Below, in pieces: positions 40,098-54,799 of a stretch of 64,000 nucleotides of DNA. How positions within the stretch are numbered: the stretch's first letter is position 1; each line of letters starts with the position of its first letter. The translations under genes and the position numbers were made by a program. Under the pieces are notes generated by a model. That model was not told the origin of the DNA. It did no database searches and saw only the letters and a list, made by a program, of their open reading frames with translations. This DNA comes from Girardia tigrina (taxonomy: Eukaryota), in contig MQRK01173881.1 of the NCBI GenBank assembly GCA_001938485.1, positions 1 through 64,000 on the forward strand. Reading direction: 5' to 3'.

Positions 40098-40531
40098 TAT
40101 TAACAACATCACAATTTGAATGCAAACATTTATTTACAACACAAACAGATTCTTCACAACAATTATCAGTGGTCATCTTTCTTTGATTAATATATTCAAA
40201 TCTAAAAAAACAACGAATGGGAAAGATTAATAATAAATTTTAATTTCTCATAATTTTTATTGGATAAAAGTCATTACATAATTTTTTNAATAAACATTAA
40301 TTTTTAAAATATGTTACATTTAATAAGTTAAAATCATTTACTGAAAATATTATTAAAATTCATAATTATCAAACTTTAATTAATTAGTACTTAAAATTAA
40401 TATCATTAAATTAATTTCATTAGATTCAAATAATCAATCAATAAACATATCAATCCCATCGGAGTAGGAGAGTCACAAATCTAAACAGCATACAAACAAC
40501 AAACTTACAACATTCCAAATTATCCCTCACA
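40098..40531 (-). mobile_element. Solo LTR family A nested in another family A LTR
   Basis: TGTGAGGGA...GTTGTTAATA on the minus strand with TSD ATTAT. Confidence 0.9.
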
Positions 40532-42494
40532 ATTATAAATTTCAAAAATTAAAACATTAGGTTTATTATTATTTTAATTATGTTCGAATGATCATTTATA
40601 ACAAATACAAAAATACCAATTTACATCTGGTTGGAAAATCATCATTCTAGGTTCCACTTATTGAAATCAACATCCTGCATTCACTTACAATTTAAATTAT
40701 TCCTCACAATAGTTATTAAACTCTGTCATATTCACAGCCTTAGTAATTTATTATTATATTTATTTTTTCATATTGACTAAAATTAAATCCAACAGTTAAG
40801 TGCAGTATTTCTCAATCTTTCGTTGTATGAAAATACTGGGATCCTATAATTATTTAAGTTTATTGGAATTATTACATTATAATAACATAAACTTTTCGTT
40901 TTAAATTGAAATTTTTTTGTAATAAATTCAGAATTTTTCTAAATATATAACAAAATATATAAATATATAATAAATTCAGAATTTTTCATAAAAACTTACA
41001 ATTTAAAAAAATGTTTATTTAATCATTTGAATGTTTTGACGAGTTCATGAATTTGGACTAACATATACATTAAAAAATACTAACGTCGAGATGTCCTCTA
41101 CCCTATTTCCAGTAACCCTCATTAACTAATGAATTTAGAGGATTTTTTAAAAAGGTTTTAATAAACAAATCTTATATATGCACAAAGAGATATATTTGTA
41201 AATAGATTAACCGAGGCTTATATGTAAAATTATGAGCCATGTAATATAGAGACTTTTATTACAACTTTTATGTGTTATTGTATTATTGAAAACATAATTT
41301 AAATATTTTTAAAAAAATTGCGAATAATTAGATTTCAATATTTGGATTACTGAAAAAATAGAACCTAGGTCCTTAGTTTTTGACTTTTTACTATTCAAAT
41401 TGTAGGAATCCCTCTTCATTTCCATTCTAGTGACTAATTTTTTTTAAAGTAAAAACAAATACAATGTTTTTATTTATAATATTTTTTTGATCTTTCAAAT
41501 AATCTTTGCATTAATAGAAAAATATTTTACTGTGGTATAGCTTGGACAGAAAAGGTTAGTGAATAACTTTAAGATACTGAATATTTACTACAATTAAACT
41601 TAAAAATCCATTAATTTTTTTGAAAAAAAATAATAGAAATTAAGAATGATTCAAGATTTATGTATGAATCATAATCCTGAAAGAAAAAAATGAGACCGTT
41701 ACTCATGGCGGAATTTCAATACACTATTCCCACCGTAAATACAATCTTTTGACACTTTGGTGGTTCAATTTCAAATGGGATATTTCTAAAATATTCTATT
41801 TGTGACGGTTCCACTGATTAAATTATCATCAAAATTGTCTCTTTACAAAAACGTTAGCCATCGTCAAATGTTTATATTCATCTGCTTAAATTTCTGACGT
41901 TAATAACTGTTTTTTTTTCACTTTAGTGACATTAAATTTGATAATTTGATAAACCTCTGTTTATAGCACTCTAACGACCTGTGCTCCTCTAACCTTTTTA
42001 ATTGTCCTTCATCAACATACTGACTTTTTCAACTAGAACCCCATTTGAATATATTTTTATTTTTTACTTCTTGTTATTTTCATATACATTCTTAACACTG
42101 ATGCTAAATATTTTCGTCTTTTACAACATCAATTATTAATACATGTACAATTTTTCTATTTTCAATATTTTTATACATGAAGAAATAATGTATTTTTTTA
42201 CATTAACATGAAAATTTCTTGTTCATGATTAAATTGAAATACTTAACAATGTTAAATAATATTTACCAATTATGTTTTGTTTTTGTCTACAATTGGAATA
42301 ATAATATTAGTAATAATAATTTTAGTAAAAACATTATGAAAAATTGATACTTCTTCGAACTTTTTCTTTAACAAATTCAAAAAGTACAAAGACGATTGAC
42401 TTCAAAATAGTTTCTTTCTGAAAGGTAGTAACATAGGAATCAAGTAACGTTATTACACTCCCGACATTTTAGATAACACATCTTTTTCCTCAAA

Positions 42495-43800
42495 ATGTGT
42501 ATTTATTTATTTTTCTATCAGTAGATAAAAGTACCCGTTCAGTCCTATATATATTCTCACGGCTGGTGAACCGCGCCATGGTTTTTACCGGGGTTCTTTT
42601 TGTGTGGCCTCCCCCACTAGTTTGGGTGATCCTTTCCGCCTCCCTTTATACATTATATACATTATAGCCTTATTCTTCATCTTCTGATGTTTCTTTATCA
42701 GAGGATGGGTACTTATTCTCATCGTCAAGTTGCTCAATTCTATGTACGTATGACTTGAGCAACTCATCGAGGACTGCCGGATCTAAATCTTCTGTACCTG
42801 TTTCCATTTTGGATTCCTCCATACTGTCTGGTTCTTCCATGGTCATTATGGAGTACATGGGTACTTCCTCCTCTCTCATCTCGATTCGGTTAAGTCTGCG
42901 GAGCCCTGGGCATCTTCCATCTCTATGAAATGCCAATTGCTCTGAAGAATATTTAACATTAGATATCGAGAACGCTATATCGCAATGTTTCTAATAGTCT
43001 TTGGCGGCATTTTTAGACTTGCCAGAATACTTGTACTACACTTTGGTCAAGTTCCGATACAGCCTACCTGGAGGGTGTGGAGCAGTACAGTTTTATTCGG
43101 TATGGTCATTCTACAAGCAATAGCCAAAGACTCGTAATGATTCAAGTTCTTGGTATTGCTGTTTTCTATATTTTTCTGCGTGTCATATGAATACTTGACA
43201 TCTACGAGATACAGATTGTTTTGCCCAGGGACCATTATTTGGAGGTGTACCCGTTGTTGTGACGGAACATAGCCGACACAGCATCTATATGTATTTCATA
43301 ATCTAAGTGCTCTGTAATTTGTTCCGCCACAAAGTACAAGACCGCGTTATGTCGATACTTTTTAAACTCAGCACTATAAGGAAACTCGGTCAAAACATGC
43401 AACAGAGTCTCTTTATTTTGCGGATATCTTCTACAGTGTCCGCCATTAATACGAATACCAGGTCAGTAGTTGACGGTCACTGTATATGTAATTGCCTTGT
43501 GAAAAAAGTACCATTCAGTATAATTAAGTCCTCCTCCATTTACTGCACCGTGAAAACTTACTGGAGAGATTAGACTTCTCGAAAATCTCCCGACAATGCT
43601 CTGCTTTAGCCATTTGTGTGTCCATGACTTTTCTACTAACCTGCTAAGTGTCCTGGACACACTTTTTTGAGCATCGGCGTGAGCAGTAAGTTTTCATCGG
43701 TGTTGTCCCTTATTATCTCTGTTTCTCTGTTTGCAAGTCGTTTTTCCCAGACCAGAATCTGGTGTATGTACGAATATCGTACTTGATAAAAAGATTGCGA
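42495..43800 (-). mobile_element. 5'-truncated non-LTR retrotransposon with restriction-like endonuclease (R2/NeSL-type architecture)
   Basis: C..…ETLLHVL…RHNAV zinc-knuckle region, LYLVDVK, LQVGCIGT, acidic tail, GC-richer 3' UTR and (AAAT)n end. Confidence 0.75.
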
Positions 43801-44723
43801 TTCTGGAGAACATTTTCTAATGACATCACCTGGTCATCAAGCACAGTTGTTTGCAATAAAGTAACATCACTAACATTTTAAAAATTTTAAGTCTCTTTTA
43901 AACGTTCAGGAAATTTCGTACACTTCAGAAGAAAAACGTAGATTTATTATCAATCATAAACAATTCCAAGAACCTTTTATAAGATCTGAACTTCGGTCAT
44001 CAATTTTCAAGCATTTTGAAAATGGTTTATGCCTTTCATAAACACATCCACATAACATTTTAATCGACCATTTAGGAAATATATTTGGAAAATAGCTATA
44101 TTTAGATATATCCGATTATATAGAATGAACACATCAAGCTGTGTTTGATAATACCATGGCAGACAGGACGTGTTCTATAACCGTCTATTCGTCTATCCTC
44201 AAACTCGTAATTCCCAAGCTTTATGAATTAGTTTCATTTTTTATAATTATGTAAAGTATAATTATATATTTTATTTATTGTGTTAAGCTTTGTTTGAATC
44301 TTTCGGTAATGGGAATTTTTTCTATACAAGTTATATTAAAGCCCGATACTTCGTTTTTGTGTTTTACAGGTTTTTTTAAATTTAACATTTTGAAAAATAT
44401 TTGTAAAAATTAAAAAAAACTAATTCCCATTTACAGTGGTACCTGATAATGCAGTCTTATTATATGAATAATTGTATTTTTATCCTCTGTTTCTTTGTAA
44501 TTTTGAAAATGTCTTTTATATCAAATCTTTATCATTTTCTGTTAGTACAAATTTTCTTAGCATGTCGGTCATGACCCCGTCGCTTTAACCCAAGACCTTG
44601 GGAAAGATGAACTGTTGTCTGTTCTAATGTGTCAAAATTGTTGTTGTACATACCTTTGGTAGACACTATTTTTTACTGTAATTGTAATTCAAGGATAGAT
44701 AATGCAGATAATCGAATCAGAAT

Positions 44724-45146
44724 TATTAAGAACACCAATATGGGTTTTCGAACATTTATTTTCATTACAATTTGAAATGCCTTTTGGACAACTCTCAGCC
44801 AAGCTTTCAGAATTTGACATCTTTCTAAATTGATAAATTTTTGTTAATAATTTTATCTAAAAATTAATTAATTTTAAAAATGATTTTATTTAAAGAAAAA
44901 ACATTTATATACTTAAAATTAAAAACAAGTTAAAAGTTATTTACTTTATTTAAATTTTTGATATTAAAATTTGAAACAATTTAATATTTTAAGTTTTTTT
45001 ATTATCTTATGATGTAGTTTAAAATGCAAATTATGCTCGAATAACTATTCATCGTGAACATCTAAAATACCAATTTTCCATCTTGGTGGGAGAAATGTAA
45101 TTCCAAATACTAAACTCAACATACCAAATTTAAAATATTCCTCACA
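44724..45146 (-). mobile_element. Solo LTR family A
   Basis: Perfect TSD AGAAT; TGTGAGGAA...GTTCTTAATA. Confidence 0.95.
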
Positions 45147-46021
45147 AGAATAATTACAAAAATTTTAAGTATCCTATTTTTATAGTAAAATAATGTTGTG
45201 GTGTGTATTGCTAGAATATGGAGGGTTGTATTAAATGGTCGTGGCACTAGACAGGTTGAGAACAATTGTATAAGTACTGTAGCAATTGTACAATTTACTG
45301 TAAAATAGTAATTTTATTTCAGTTTCTAATTAATTTTTAAACAATTATTAATATTGCGATAATATCATCAAACAGGATTTTAAGTTTCAGTTTGAATGAA
45401 ACATTTTATTTGTATATAATATACAATTTCTTTAAATAAGAACTAAATTCAGATGTTTAAGAAATATAATTATTCAGAATTTAGATTTTATTGCAAATTT
45501 AAAAAAAAAATAAAAATTTCATTTATAATTGATTTCTATGAAAATTTCTTTTTTTCCAATTTTAATTGCTGTAAAAAAAGTTGTGTGATTTTTATTATTC
45601 TGATATGTTGAATCTTGAGTAATAAATATGAAAATTGGAAAAAAAGTAATTCTAAGTATTACAACAATATTTATAGCCATATGAGATGGAATAATAATCT
45701 TTGGAATTTGTAACTCCTTAGGAGAATTTGATTGAATTTATGTGATCATAATTATTTATTAATCTGTTATTTTCACTTTAATTGCTTTAAGACACCAAAT
45801 AAAACATATTGTAACACGATGTAACTTTCGTTCATGATTGTCATAGTAATTAATTTCAGTAGATTGTTCAATATCATCTTAAGACTAAATAAACATTAGT
45901 TCTACAATTTATATAGCTGAGTATTAATTTGTAATCAATAATATCATCAGACTATTTGAAAATGTTTAGCAGAGAATTTGAGTGTGTCGTTTGAATATTT
46001 TTAATAAATTCACTTTATTAA

Positions 46022-46093
46022 CAGATTGACTGCCACGGCGGTCGTATACGCCTGCTATGTACTCGACAAAATTTATATATGGCATTCAATCTG
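46022..46093. mobile_element. 72-bp piggyBac-like micro-MITE
   Basis: TTAA-CAGATTGACTGCCA ... TGGCATTCAATCTG-TTAA (13/14 TIR match). Confidence 0.8.
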
Positions 46094-47618
46094 TTAATAA
46101 GGATTAGCTCGAGTTTGCCTGTCTCTTAACAGTTTTTTAAATTGATGAAATATGTTTTTTAAATCTTTTTCTTCAACTTTTTTATAATTAAAATTATGTT
46201 CAAATCAATATTGCTCCTATTATCAAATTATCATTTATGAGGAGATGACTGGAAGTCACTTCAATGTATATCAATTGAAAAGTTCTTTCTCAATCCCAAA
46301 TAATTCGTCAAATGTTTGGTAATATATATCAAACAGGTCTCGGTTTGTGTGTGGATCTTCCTATGTCGTTCATCAAAATAATGAATGTAATTCAAAATAT
46401 ATAAATTTGATAAATGAAAATATTAAGTCGCTTTTTAATTAAATACTTTTAATAAATTCGTTGAGATTGTCGTTTGAAAGCTTTATTAATCAGGACTCAC
46501 AATCCTAAAATAAATGTTCAAGTGTCATAAATGTGTCATAATCCAATTTTTTCAAAGATCTATTTGTCGAAAGTTTGATTTTATTAATATTGTGATAATA
46601 TAAACGAATTTTCAGGGGTAAATATAATAGATGACATAAGAGTCTAATCTATTGAAAAAAAACAAGTTACCTAGGGTCATTTTTTCAAGTAATAATATCT
46701 TTAATATTATCAGCTGTTTGTAGAAAATGTTAATTAATATCTTTGGATTCTCAGTATTCGTTTATCCACTTTATTTTCCCTCCATCTTTGGACAATTATC
46801 CAGTTGCCCATGCACATGTGAAACATAAATCTGGGTATTTAGACTCAAACTCAATGATTTCTTCATAATTTTTTAATGCATTAAATATTTATTCACTTCT
46901 AATTGCTTCAATCAATCATACTTTTTAAAACAATTTATTATTATCTGTGATATGACATTATTTCGCATATATTATAAATTTCATTTGTTGCTTCAATTTA
47001 ATTTTTGGGAGATTTAAAATTACTTTTCATTTCACTGAGTTTGTTCTCACCGCAATATTATTTGATAATAAAGCTTAAAACTTTTAATTATATCTTAATC
47101 CATCGGTTCCTACTATGGCTCACCATATTCAGGGATAAAAAACTAATTTATGTCACTTATATTTTTGGGATACGAAAGACAGTTATTTCTTCTTAATAAA
47201 AAACACGCGTATTTTAACAATTTACTAAATGATCTTTCTTCAAATTGGTAAATGTTGATCAATATTTAATATGTTAAACCCCTTCAATTTGTCTTATAGT
47301 TCTGGTTCATTTTCATTTGGTTCATATTAATAAAGAAACGGTAAAAGGCTCTTCGAATGTAATATACTCTTGGTTATCAAGTTGTTGAGTTAATTATGGA
47401 TTAATAAGAAGGCAACAATAAGATTTAATCAACGAATCTTTAGATTTTCATCCATTAGCAGTTTTAAATTCCAAATGAATTGCACCATTTTATTCAATGA
47501 CTCTTTTTGTTCTTTCCCTTAATTATGTCATTTCTTTGTATACCCCTCCATAACTATATAAAAAAATGTTAAGACAAGTAAAAATATTCAAGTTCAGTGA
47601 AAAAATTCTTCCTCACTT

Positions 47619-48577
47619 GAGTGAAACTCTGCATATCGCAAAATCGCTTATATCAAATTATCGTCTAACTCAAATCGTTTTCAGTCAAGATTTTTTCTCC
47701 ATAAGTTTCAATACATTTTAATACTGTTTATCTCAAATCGTTTATCTAGACCCAAACACAAATAAATCATTTATCACAAATTGTTAATTTTTTACAATTG
47801 ATATTTTTTATAAAAAAATGTTATAAATGTTAATTGAATTTTAAATATCGATAATTAAATATTGTTTTTTAAATAATATTTAATTACGGGTAAATATTTT
47901 AAATTTCTGATTTGGTCGAAAATACCATATTTATTGACTACGTTGATGTTGATAAAAATGTTGATTATGTTGCAACTTTATCCGAAAATGACATCGTCAA
48001 CAGCATTCAAGAAGACAAAAGGGAAAATGCAACTGAATCAAGTGACGAAGAGTCAGGTTCTGATCGTCCAATGGTGTCATTGTCGATCGCAGTATAAGCA
48101 ATTCATGACCTGGAACGTTTCGCATTGCAACAGACCGAATCAAACCAAATTTTTGATCATATTAGTGTCGTTAAAGACTGGATCATTAGTCAAAAGTCAA
48201 ACGAAGGATACCAACGATTGATAACTGACTTTTCTTAATTGCTAATTTTATAATATAAATGTTCTACGGTATCTTGTTTATCTGTTAATTTTTGCCTTAT
48301 TTGTAACGTTTAGCCCTAGGACTACAAAGAAAAAAGTAGTTGTGAATTAATTTTTCCACTCTTCATAATTGTTGATACGGTTAATAGTTAAACGCCAGTA
48401 TTTAGATTTTTAGGCTAAATATTATAGTAGCTAAAATTTGAAATATTAATTAAAATTAAAAAAGGATATTGATAAATATTTTTAACAATAGAATTAAAAA
48501 TGTGTGATTTTGTTCAAAATCGTTTTTCTCAAATTTTTTTATGGTCCGAAAGATTTTGAGATATGCAGAGTTGACTA
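47619..48577 (+). mobile_element. Internally deleted pogo/Tigger element
   Basis: TIRs AACTCTGCATATC(G/T)CAAAATC. Acidic C-terminal transposase remnant at 47912-48238 ends QRLITDF (PIP-box-like, typical of Tigger). Confidence 0.75.
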
Positions 48578-51500
48578 TATGTACTGTTGCATAGATTTTC
48601 GTTACAGGGTTTGAAAGATAACCTTTTCATCACAGAAGACGAACAATTGTTCATTTCAAATTCGAGATATGGAATACATCTCACGAAAGGATAGTATTTC
48701 TGTTGATTTTTTTTTAATATTCCTTTACTTAACTATTGGAATTTCCATTCTCACTGTATTTGTTGAGTCATTTTTACTAATTTATGTTTCGTGTTAGTTA
48801 GGCCTAATAACTTTTTTATGGTACCTAATAATATTAATGAAATATTAATCATATATAAAATTGATCAGAATTTATCTAAAATAAATAAGAATAATATTAT
48901 ATTATATGAGCTAAATATTATTTAAAATTTAATTAGAAAATTATAAATATTAAAAAAAACATCATTAAAAAAGGATAATTAAAAAACTTTTGTTATTGAG
49001 ATAAAATAAAATAAAAACTAAAATGATTAATAAACTATTTAAAAAAAAAGTCAACTGTTAAATGAAAAGAATGAAATATACGTATATAGTGTAAGGTTGC
49101 TATTATTCCTTGGTTTAACGAGCAGTAGAACTCTTATTAAATGGAACCAATCAATCATTCTCTTTAATTGAAGTAAGACAATAAAAATATATTATTTTTT
49201 GTTGATTATATAAAAGATTTGTTCACTTTAATTACCGTTTTTATTAACAATTTATTTTGAAAACTTTTCAAGTTGTTGTCATACACAATTTGAAGAAGCG
49301 GCTTCATTTTTATCACTTTTCTTTAAAGAGAAATAAATTATTTCTAGTAAATTGAAAATAAATAATATAAAGCAGGTTTTTTATTTTAAAATTAAGGAAA
49401 GAAATAATGAAAAAAAATATATTTTATAAATGAAAAATAATATTTGTAAATGGTTTTTGAGGGTTTCGTTTCTTGGTGGATCCAATTTTATTTAAAAAAT
49501 TTTTTTGTATATTTGGAGATAGTATAATTTATTAATAAATATGGAAAAAATACTTAAATTTAATATATTATTAATTTATAATTAAATATTTTTATGACAA
49601 GATCTTTTGATGGATTTACCATAATCTTCTGGTCACTGACTAATTTCATGGTCTATCATAAATTGGAATTTACGACACTTGGTAGCATCACAGATAATCG
49701 CGTCACACTTAATCCTATTACAGATAATCGTAAATTATTGGATTAATATTTTGTTTATATTTCAAAATAATTCACTAAATAAAATAAATAATAATAATTC
49801 ACTAATAAAATTCAATAAAAAATCAAATTCAATAAAACTTTATGTGACGAGATTAAACACACATAAATTGATTATTATAAAAGCAATTTTATGACATCAT
49901 ATTAATTGGAAATTCTAAATAAGATGGTTAAGATTGATGTTTAAATATTTATTTTAGGGTTGTGAGAAGTTGCAACCTCTATATCAGAATTCATTTTTTT
50001 AAACATCAAAATTTATTTATATAACAATTCACATCTTTAAAACAAATTTTCCTGTTAATTTAATTTAATTATCTCGACCCAAATTAAATTAAATTTATCC
50101 ATTAAATTCTCTTAGATTTACTTTTTAAAATCCTGAAAATTTATTTCAAAAATTATTTAAACTTTATTTTCAAAATCAATTTTTAAAATTGCTTATTAAA
50201 AATATTTTTATTTATAAATAAATATTTAATATTTTTGTTTTCTTGACATTTTTAATTTTAAGATATTTAATAGATACATTACAAGATATTTTTTATTTTT
50301 AAATAAATATTTTATTTTTTATGATTTTCTTTTATTATATCATTTTTAATTTTCTAAAAATATTTAAAAACACATTAAAAAATATTTTATTTTTAAAAAC
50401 GTTTTTGATTTTTTAATAGTTGTTTTACTATATCATTTTTAATTTTAAAATATTAAATAAGCATATTAACATAAAAATATTTTACCCTTTAAATTAAAAA
50501 AAATAATAAACTATTCAGGCGAGATAAAAATTTAAATTAACCCCTCATAAGGGTAACTTTACTTAATTAACAATGGTCCCTCGACATTGTTTCCCAATAA
50601 CTGTCGAATAGCTTTCAAAGAATCTTGAAATTATCAATTTTAATATCACATTTACATTGTTTCCTATGTTAAGATCAATATAATTCTTGTCTTCTTTTCG
50701 AGCATATTTTATAAGGCACTCATTACATTTATATAAGGATAAGTAAACAAATGTTAATGACTTGAACTTAATTGTCATCATCGATGTACATTGCCAAAAA
50801 GTAAATACTGTGTAAAGTAGATTCTCAACCAATACAGGTGGTTAATTGATGTGTTTTAAATCTTATTCTTTAAAATTTTAAGTATTTAATAACTAAATTT
50901 AATATTTTTTTTAATTTTGTTTCGAATTTAAATAAGAGAAAATTAAATCCAGCAATACTGTAAGTAATGCTGAAAACTGTTACAATCATGATTTCATACT
51001 TTATCAATTGTGTTATACAAATCTTGACGCTGTTATTTCTACCAATATTTATGAAAAAGGCTGCTGATAAGTAAAGCTTCTCTCCTCAATAATATAAATT
51101 AAGGTGATTCCAGTTAATTAGATCGGCAACTTCTATGAACACTCAATACTTCGGAATCGGAGTATAAAAATGCGAAATTCTTATTGATTCAAATTTAAGA
51201 AAAATTACTAAAATTGTAAATAAATATTTGTTTTAAGAGGTGAGGCGACTTTACCGCGGAAAATTTACAACAAAATTGTCAATAAGTGAACAATGTCATC
51301 TAAAATATGAATAAAAAGTTTTAATTATGTAATGATAAAACAATGAATCATACAAAGGTTTTAATTTTAAAACATAAGTAGATAGAAAATTTCAGATCGA
51401 CATGACATTTAGTTATACTTTTTATTATAAAAAATAAACAAACAACATACGAAAAATTCGTAAATTCCAAATTTAAAAAATTCAAATAACATTCTAGAAC

Positions 51501-51579
51501 AAATGAATAACACACATAAAATATGTAATGTGTAAATAGAAGAAAGATACAAAAATATTAAACTGGAATAGTAAATATA

Positions 51580-52227
51580 TACAGATGAGAAATGGTGTCT
51601 ATACTCGAACATGACACGCAGAAGAAGCTGAACAGACAAGGGTACAATTGCACAACCTCAGGCAAAGGCCGACCTGCATCAAAAGAAGCTAATGGTTTGT
51701 GTCTGGTGGGATGTAAATGGCGTGGTTCACTGGGAAATGTTGGAACGCCATCAATCCATCAACGTCCAATTATACTGTCAACAACTGCAACGGGTGGCAG
51801 ACGCGATTGCACAAACACGACCAGAATTGACTGATATCATGTTTCTTCATGAAAACATCCGACCACACGTTGCAAATCTCACCAGTGGTAAACTTCTGGA
51901 GCTGGAGTGGGAAGTTCTCCCTCACCCACCGTACTCGCCCGACCTGGCACCAACAAACTACCACTTATTCCCGGCACTGCAGAACTTCTTGAGTGGCAAA
52001 ACGTTCGCAACTGATGATGAATTGAAAGCTGCAGTTGGAGACTTCCTCAAAAGCAAACCAGTTGAATTTTACAACAAAGGTGTCCATGATCTACCCCGTC
52101 GTTGGAAGCAGGTGTTCGAAAAGAACGGTGATTACATTGATGATTGATATGTGCCTTTTGCTGCATTTTTTGTGCTGTATATAAAAGTTGTAATAAAATT
52201 TGTGCGAGAACTTTGTTTCCAACCTAA
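51580..52227 (+). mobile_element. 5'-truncated mariner
   Basis: DEKWCLY, VCVWWD, HENIRPH, YSPDLAPTNYHLF; 3' TIR ...TCCAACCTAA followed by TA. Confidence 0.93.
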
Positions 52228-52846
52228 TATATTTTATGATATTTATTATTATTTATTATTTTATGATATTTATTGAGAACTTCATTTATATTATTGTTAA
52301 GATTCGTTTTTATCTATTTATTATATTTATATTTTAATTGACAGTTCAGAAATGTAATTTTTGCTTAAGTAACCTTGATATTGCTTAGACGTTCAATATT
52401 TTTATTTATTCTTACAAAAAGTCTGTTTTGTTTTACTTTCTAAAAATTTACTATATGAATATATTACAATTAATTATTTAATCAATTCTTTATTACTTAA
52501 AGTTTTAACATGCATATAGAGCAGGGATCGACCAATCGTTGTATGGAGTCTCTATTAATGATTTATTGAATATATCCTTAAAGTTTATTATGAAAATTAT
52601 GTCATAATATTATATTATTTTCATAATATCAAAGAATCAATCGGATCCATTTACAACTACGCGTATTTAATATGAGCTTATGTAGCCGGGGAGAGGTTCT
52701 GACGACTTTCCGCTTTCTGTTCACTTCTTTTTTTTCAGAAAATAGAAATGAAAATTATCCATAACTTGGGAAGTCACATTATTTTCTTTTATATTATTAT
52801 TCTTATTGTTAATACATCCTTTCGAACGGAAACCATTCCTTTATTA

Positions 52847-53235
52847 CAGGGGTTTCCAAACTTTATTTTACCACACCTCCATTAAAAATATTTTATCATA
52901 TGATGCCTCCCTTCAATTTTATAAAATAATACAAACACAAAGGGTTATAGTTAGGGTTTATTGCAAAAACATTTATTGATACAAACTATGGCAAAAAAAT
53001 TAAGAGAATAACAATACTTGATTATTGTATTTTAATGAGATGGATATGCTTGTCTATTCACGCAAAGTTTATCAAATCTCGGTGTTTTTGACGAGATAGC
53101 TACTCGTAGCTCTTTTTCTACAACTAAACGAACTCGGTATTTTGATTTCATTGCAGGTAATGCAGAAAATCCTGATTCACATAAATATGATGTTACGAAC
53201 GGCTGCAGTTCTTTTACAGCTTTCTTTGACAAAGT
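52847..53235 (-). mobile_element. 3' end of a Buster/Charlie-type hAT element
   Basis: PFVTSYLCESGFSAL..MKSKYR.RL.VE.ELRVAIS...PRF....QAYPSH; TIR CAGGGGTTTCCAAAC at 52847. Confidence 0.88.
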
Positions 53236-54219
53236 ATTATATATACAATAAAGTTTATTATATGAGAAATATTTTATATGACATTTATATTGTATGTTGT
53301 TTTAGAGTGATGTATCTCCTATCTGGATGACTGGTTGTTGTATTACATATTGCATATATTAATTTTTATTAATGTTTTCAAAAATTTAAAATAAGTTTCG
53401 AATACTTTTTAAACAATTTGTTTTAATATATATTTTTAAAATCGAATAGGAACATCGAATGTTTTTCATATTTTCAATAGACTGATGACAAATACTGAAA
53501 GTTAAATTTAGGATTGGTGCTATAATACTTAAATCTTTAAAAAATATTAAAAAATTATTATTATTAAAAAAACTATTTTTTGACAAATCAACCATTATCA
53601 TCAGGTTATAAAAAAATAATTTGATTCATCTGTATATATAACATGTTTCTCTGTCTCCGGGGGTCTAATTTGTAAAATATTACAACACAAGCTCTCCCAT
53701 AAATTGAAGCCCGATTTAATTTAATTAAGTTTGACCTAATTCAATTTTGTTTAAATATTAATTTTACAATATTTTTTTAAAAATTAAAACAGTATGTCTA
53801 ACGGACAAAGAAGAAGCTATTTTTTATACCTACAAAAATGTTCGATCGATTTGGTTATAAAGAAATATACACCAAATATTCTCTTGGTTCAAAAATGTTC
53901 ATAACACATAATAATAGAACACATTTTTTGGAATTAATTTTTCAAAATACATTGTCTTGAAAATATATTTTTAAGTGAATGAGTTTCTTTTAATAAAAAA
54001 ATTCATCTTGCTTGAAATGCCTAAATAATTTTATCAATACATTAAATTAGTGTTTATTTTTCATAATTTTCTTGAAACAATTAAAATAAACTAAAAAAAT
54101 AAAAAACTGAAAATATTTTTTTCCAAATTGTTTTTCATTTCAATTTAAAAAGTAATTTACACATTTTTCAAATTTTATTTTAAATATTTACTTTATTTTT
54201 TTTATTCAGTTGATCTTTA

Positions 54220-54799
54220 ATGTCCATCGAAAATTTCTGTAGTAATCCTAAGAGACTCAAGTTGGACGATGAAATCACCGAAATTAATGTCAAAACATTG
54301 TATATAAACAATTCAAATCATAACTGCGAAGAATCATTGGATTCCCCAATGAATTCCTGCGAACAAGTTTCAATTAGTTCGGCTTTCGACCAAGACTCTT
54401 CATCTATTTTAAGTGGTTCCGTTTGCGAAAGCAATTGCGAAATTTACTCAGCAGAAATCATTCAAAAAAGTATTTTAAAATCAACTACAAACTGTCCAAA
54501 AGAAACTCCAAACAACAAAAACCGAATCAAATTTCAAGATGTAGAAATATTTTATTTTAATCGTCAACAGAGTTTCTGTTCCGTTCCCAGTATCGGGGGC
54601 TCGGCACTCGGAATGGAAATGCAACATTTTCTTTCTGAAAAATTTGATTTAAACAAAAATCTCGATTTGTTTAAATCGAGTAAAAAACTCAACTCCGATT
54701 TCTATGATCTTCACAAAGATGGCAATTACAATAACGAAAGTTATTCTATGCTTCAACCGATTGTTGCAAAACACCGAAGAATATTATTAAAAAATTCGG
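54220..54799 (+). CDS. csrnp: Cysteine/serine-rich nuclear protein (CSRNP/Axud1 family), first coding exon
   Basis: IKFQDVEIFYFNRQQSFCSVPSIGGSALGM and LQPIVAKHRRILLKNSG match the CSRNP_N motifs. Acceptor TTTATTCAG at 54209 and donor G|GTAAT at 54800. The downstream Cys-rich exon was not found in this window. Confidence 0.9.

Larger units (their letters stand above)
38375..40708 (-). mobile_element. Solo LTR family A (TG...CA) carrying a mariner and a nested family A LTR
   Basis: Perfect TSD ATAGT at 38370-38374 and 40709-40713. The sequence resumes collinearly with the 36276 copy after the mariner. Confidence 0.9.
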
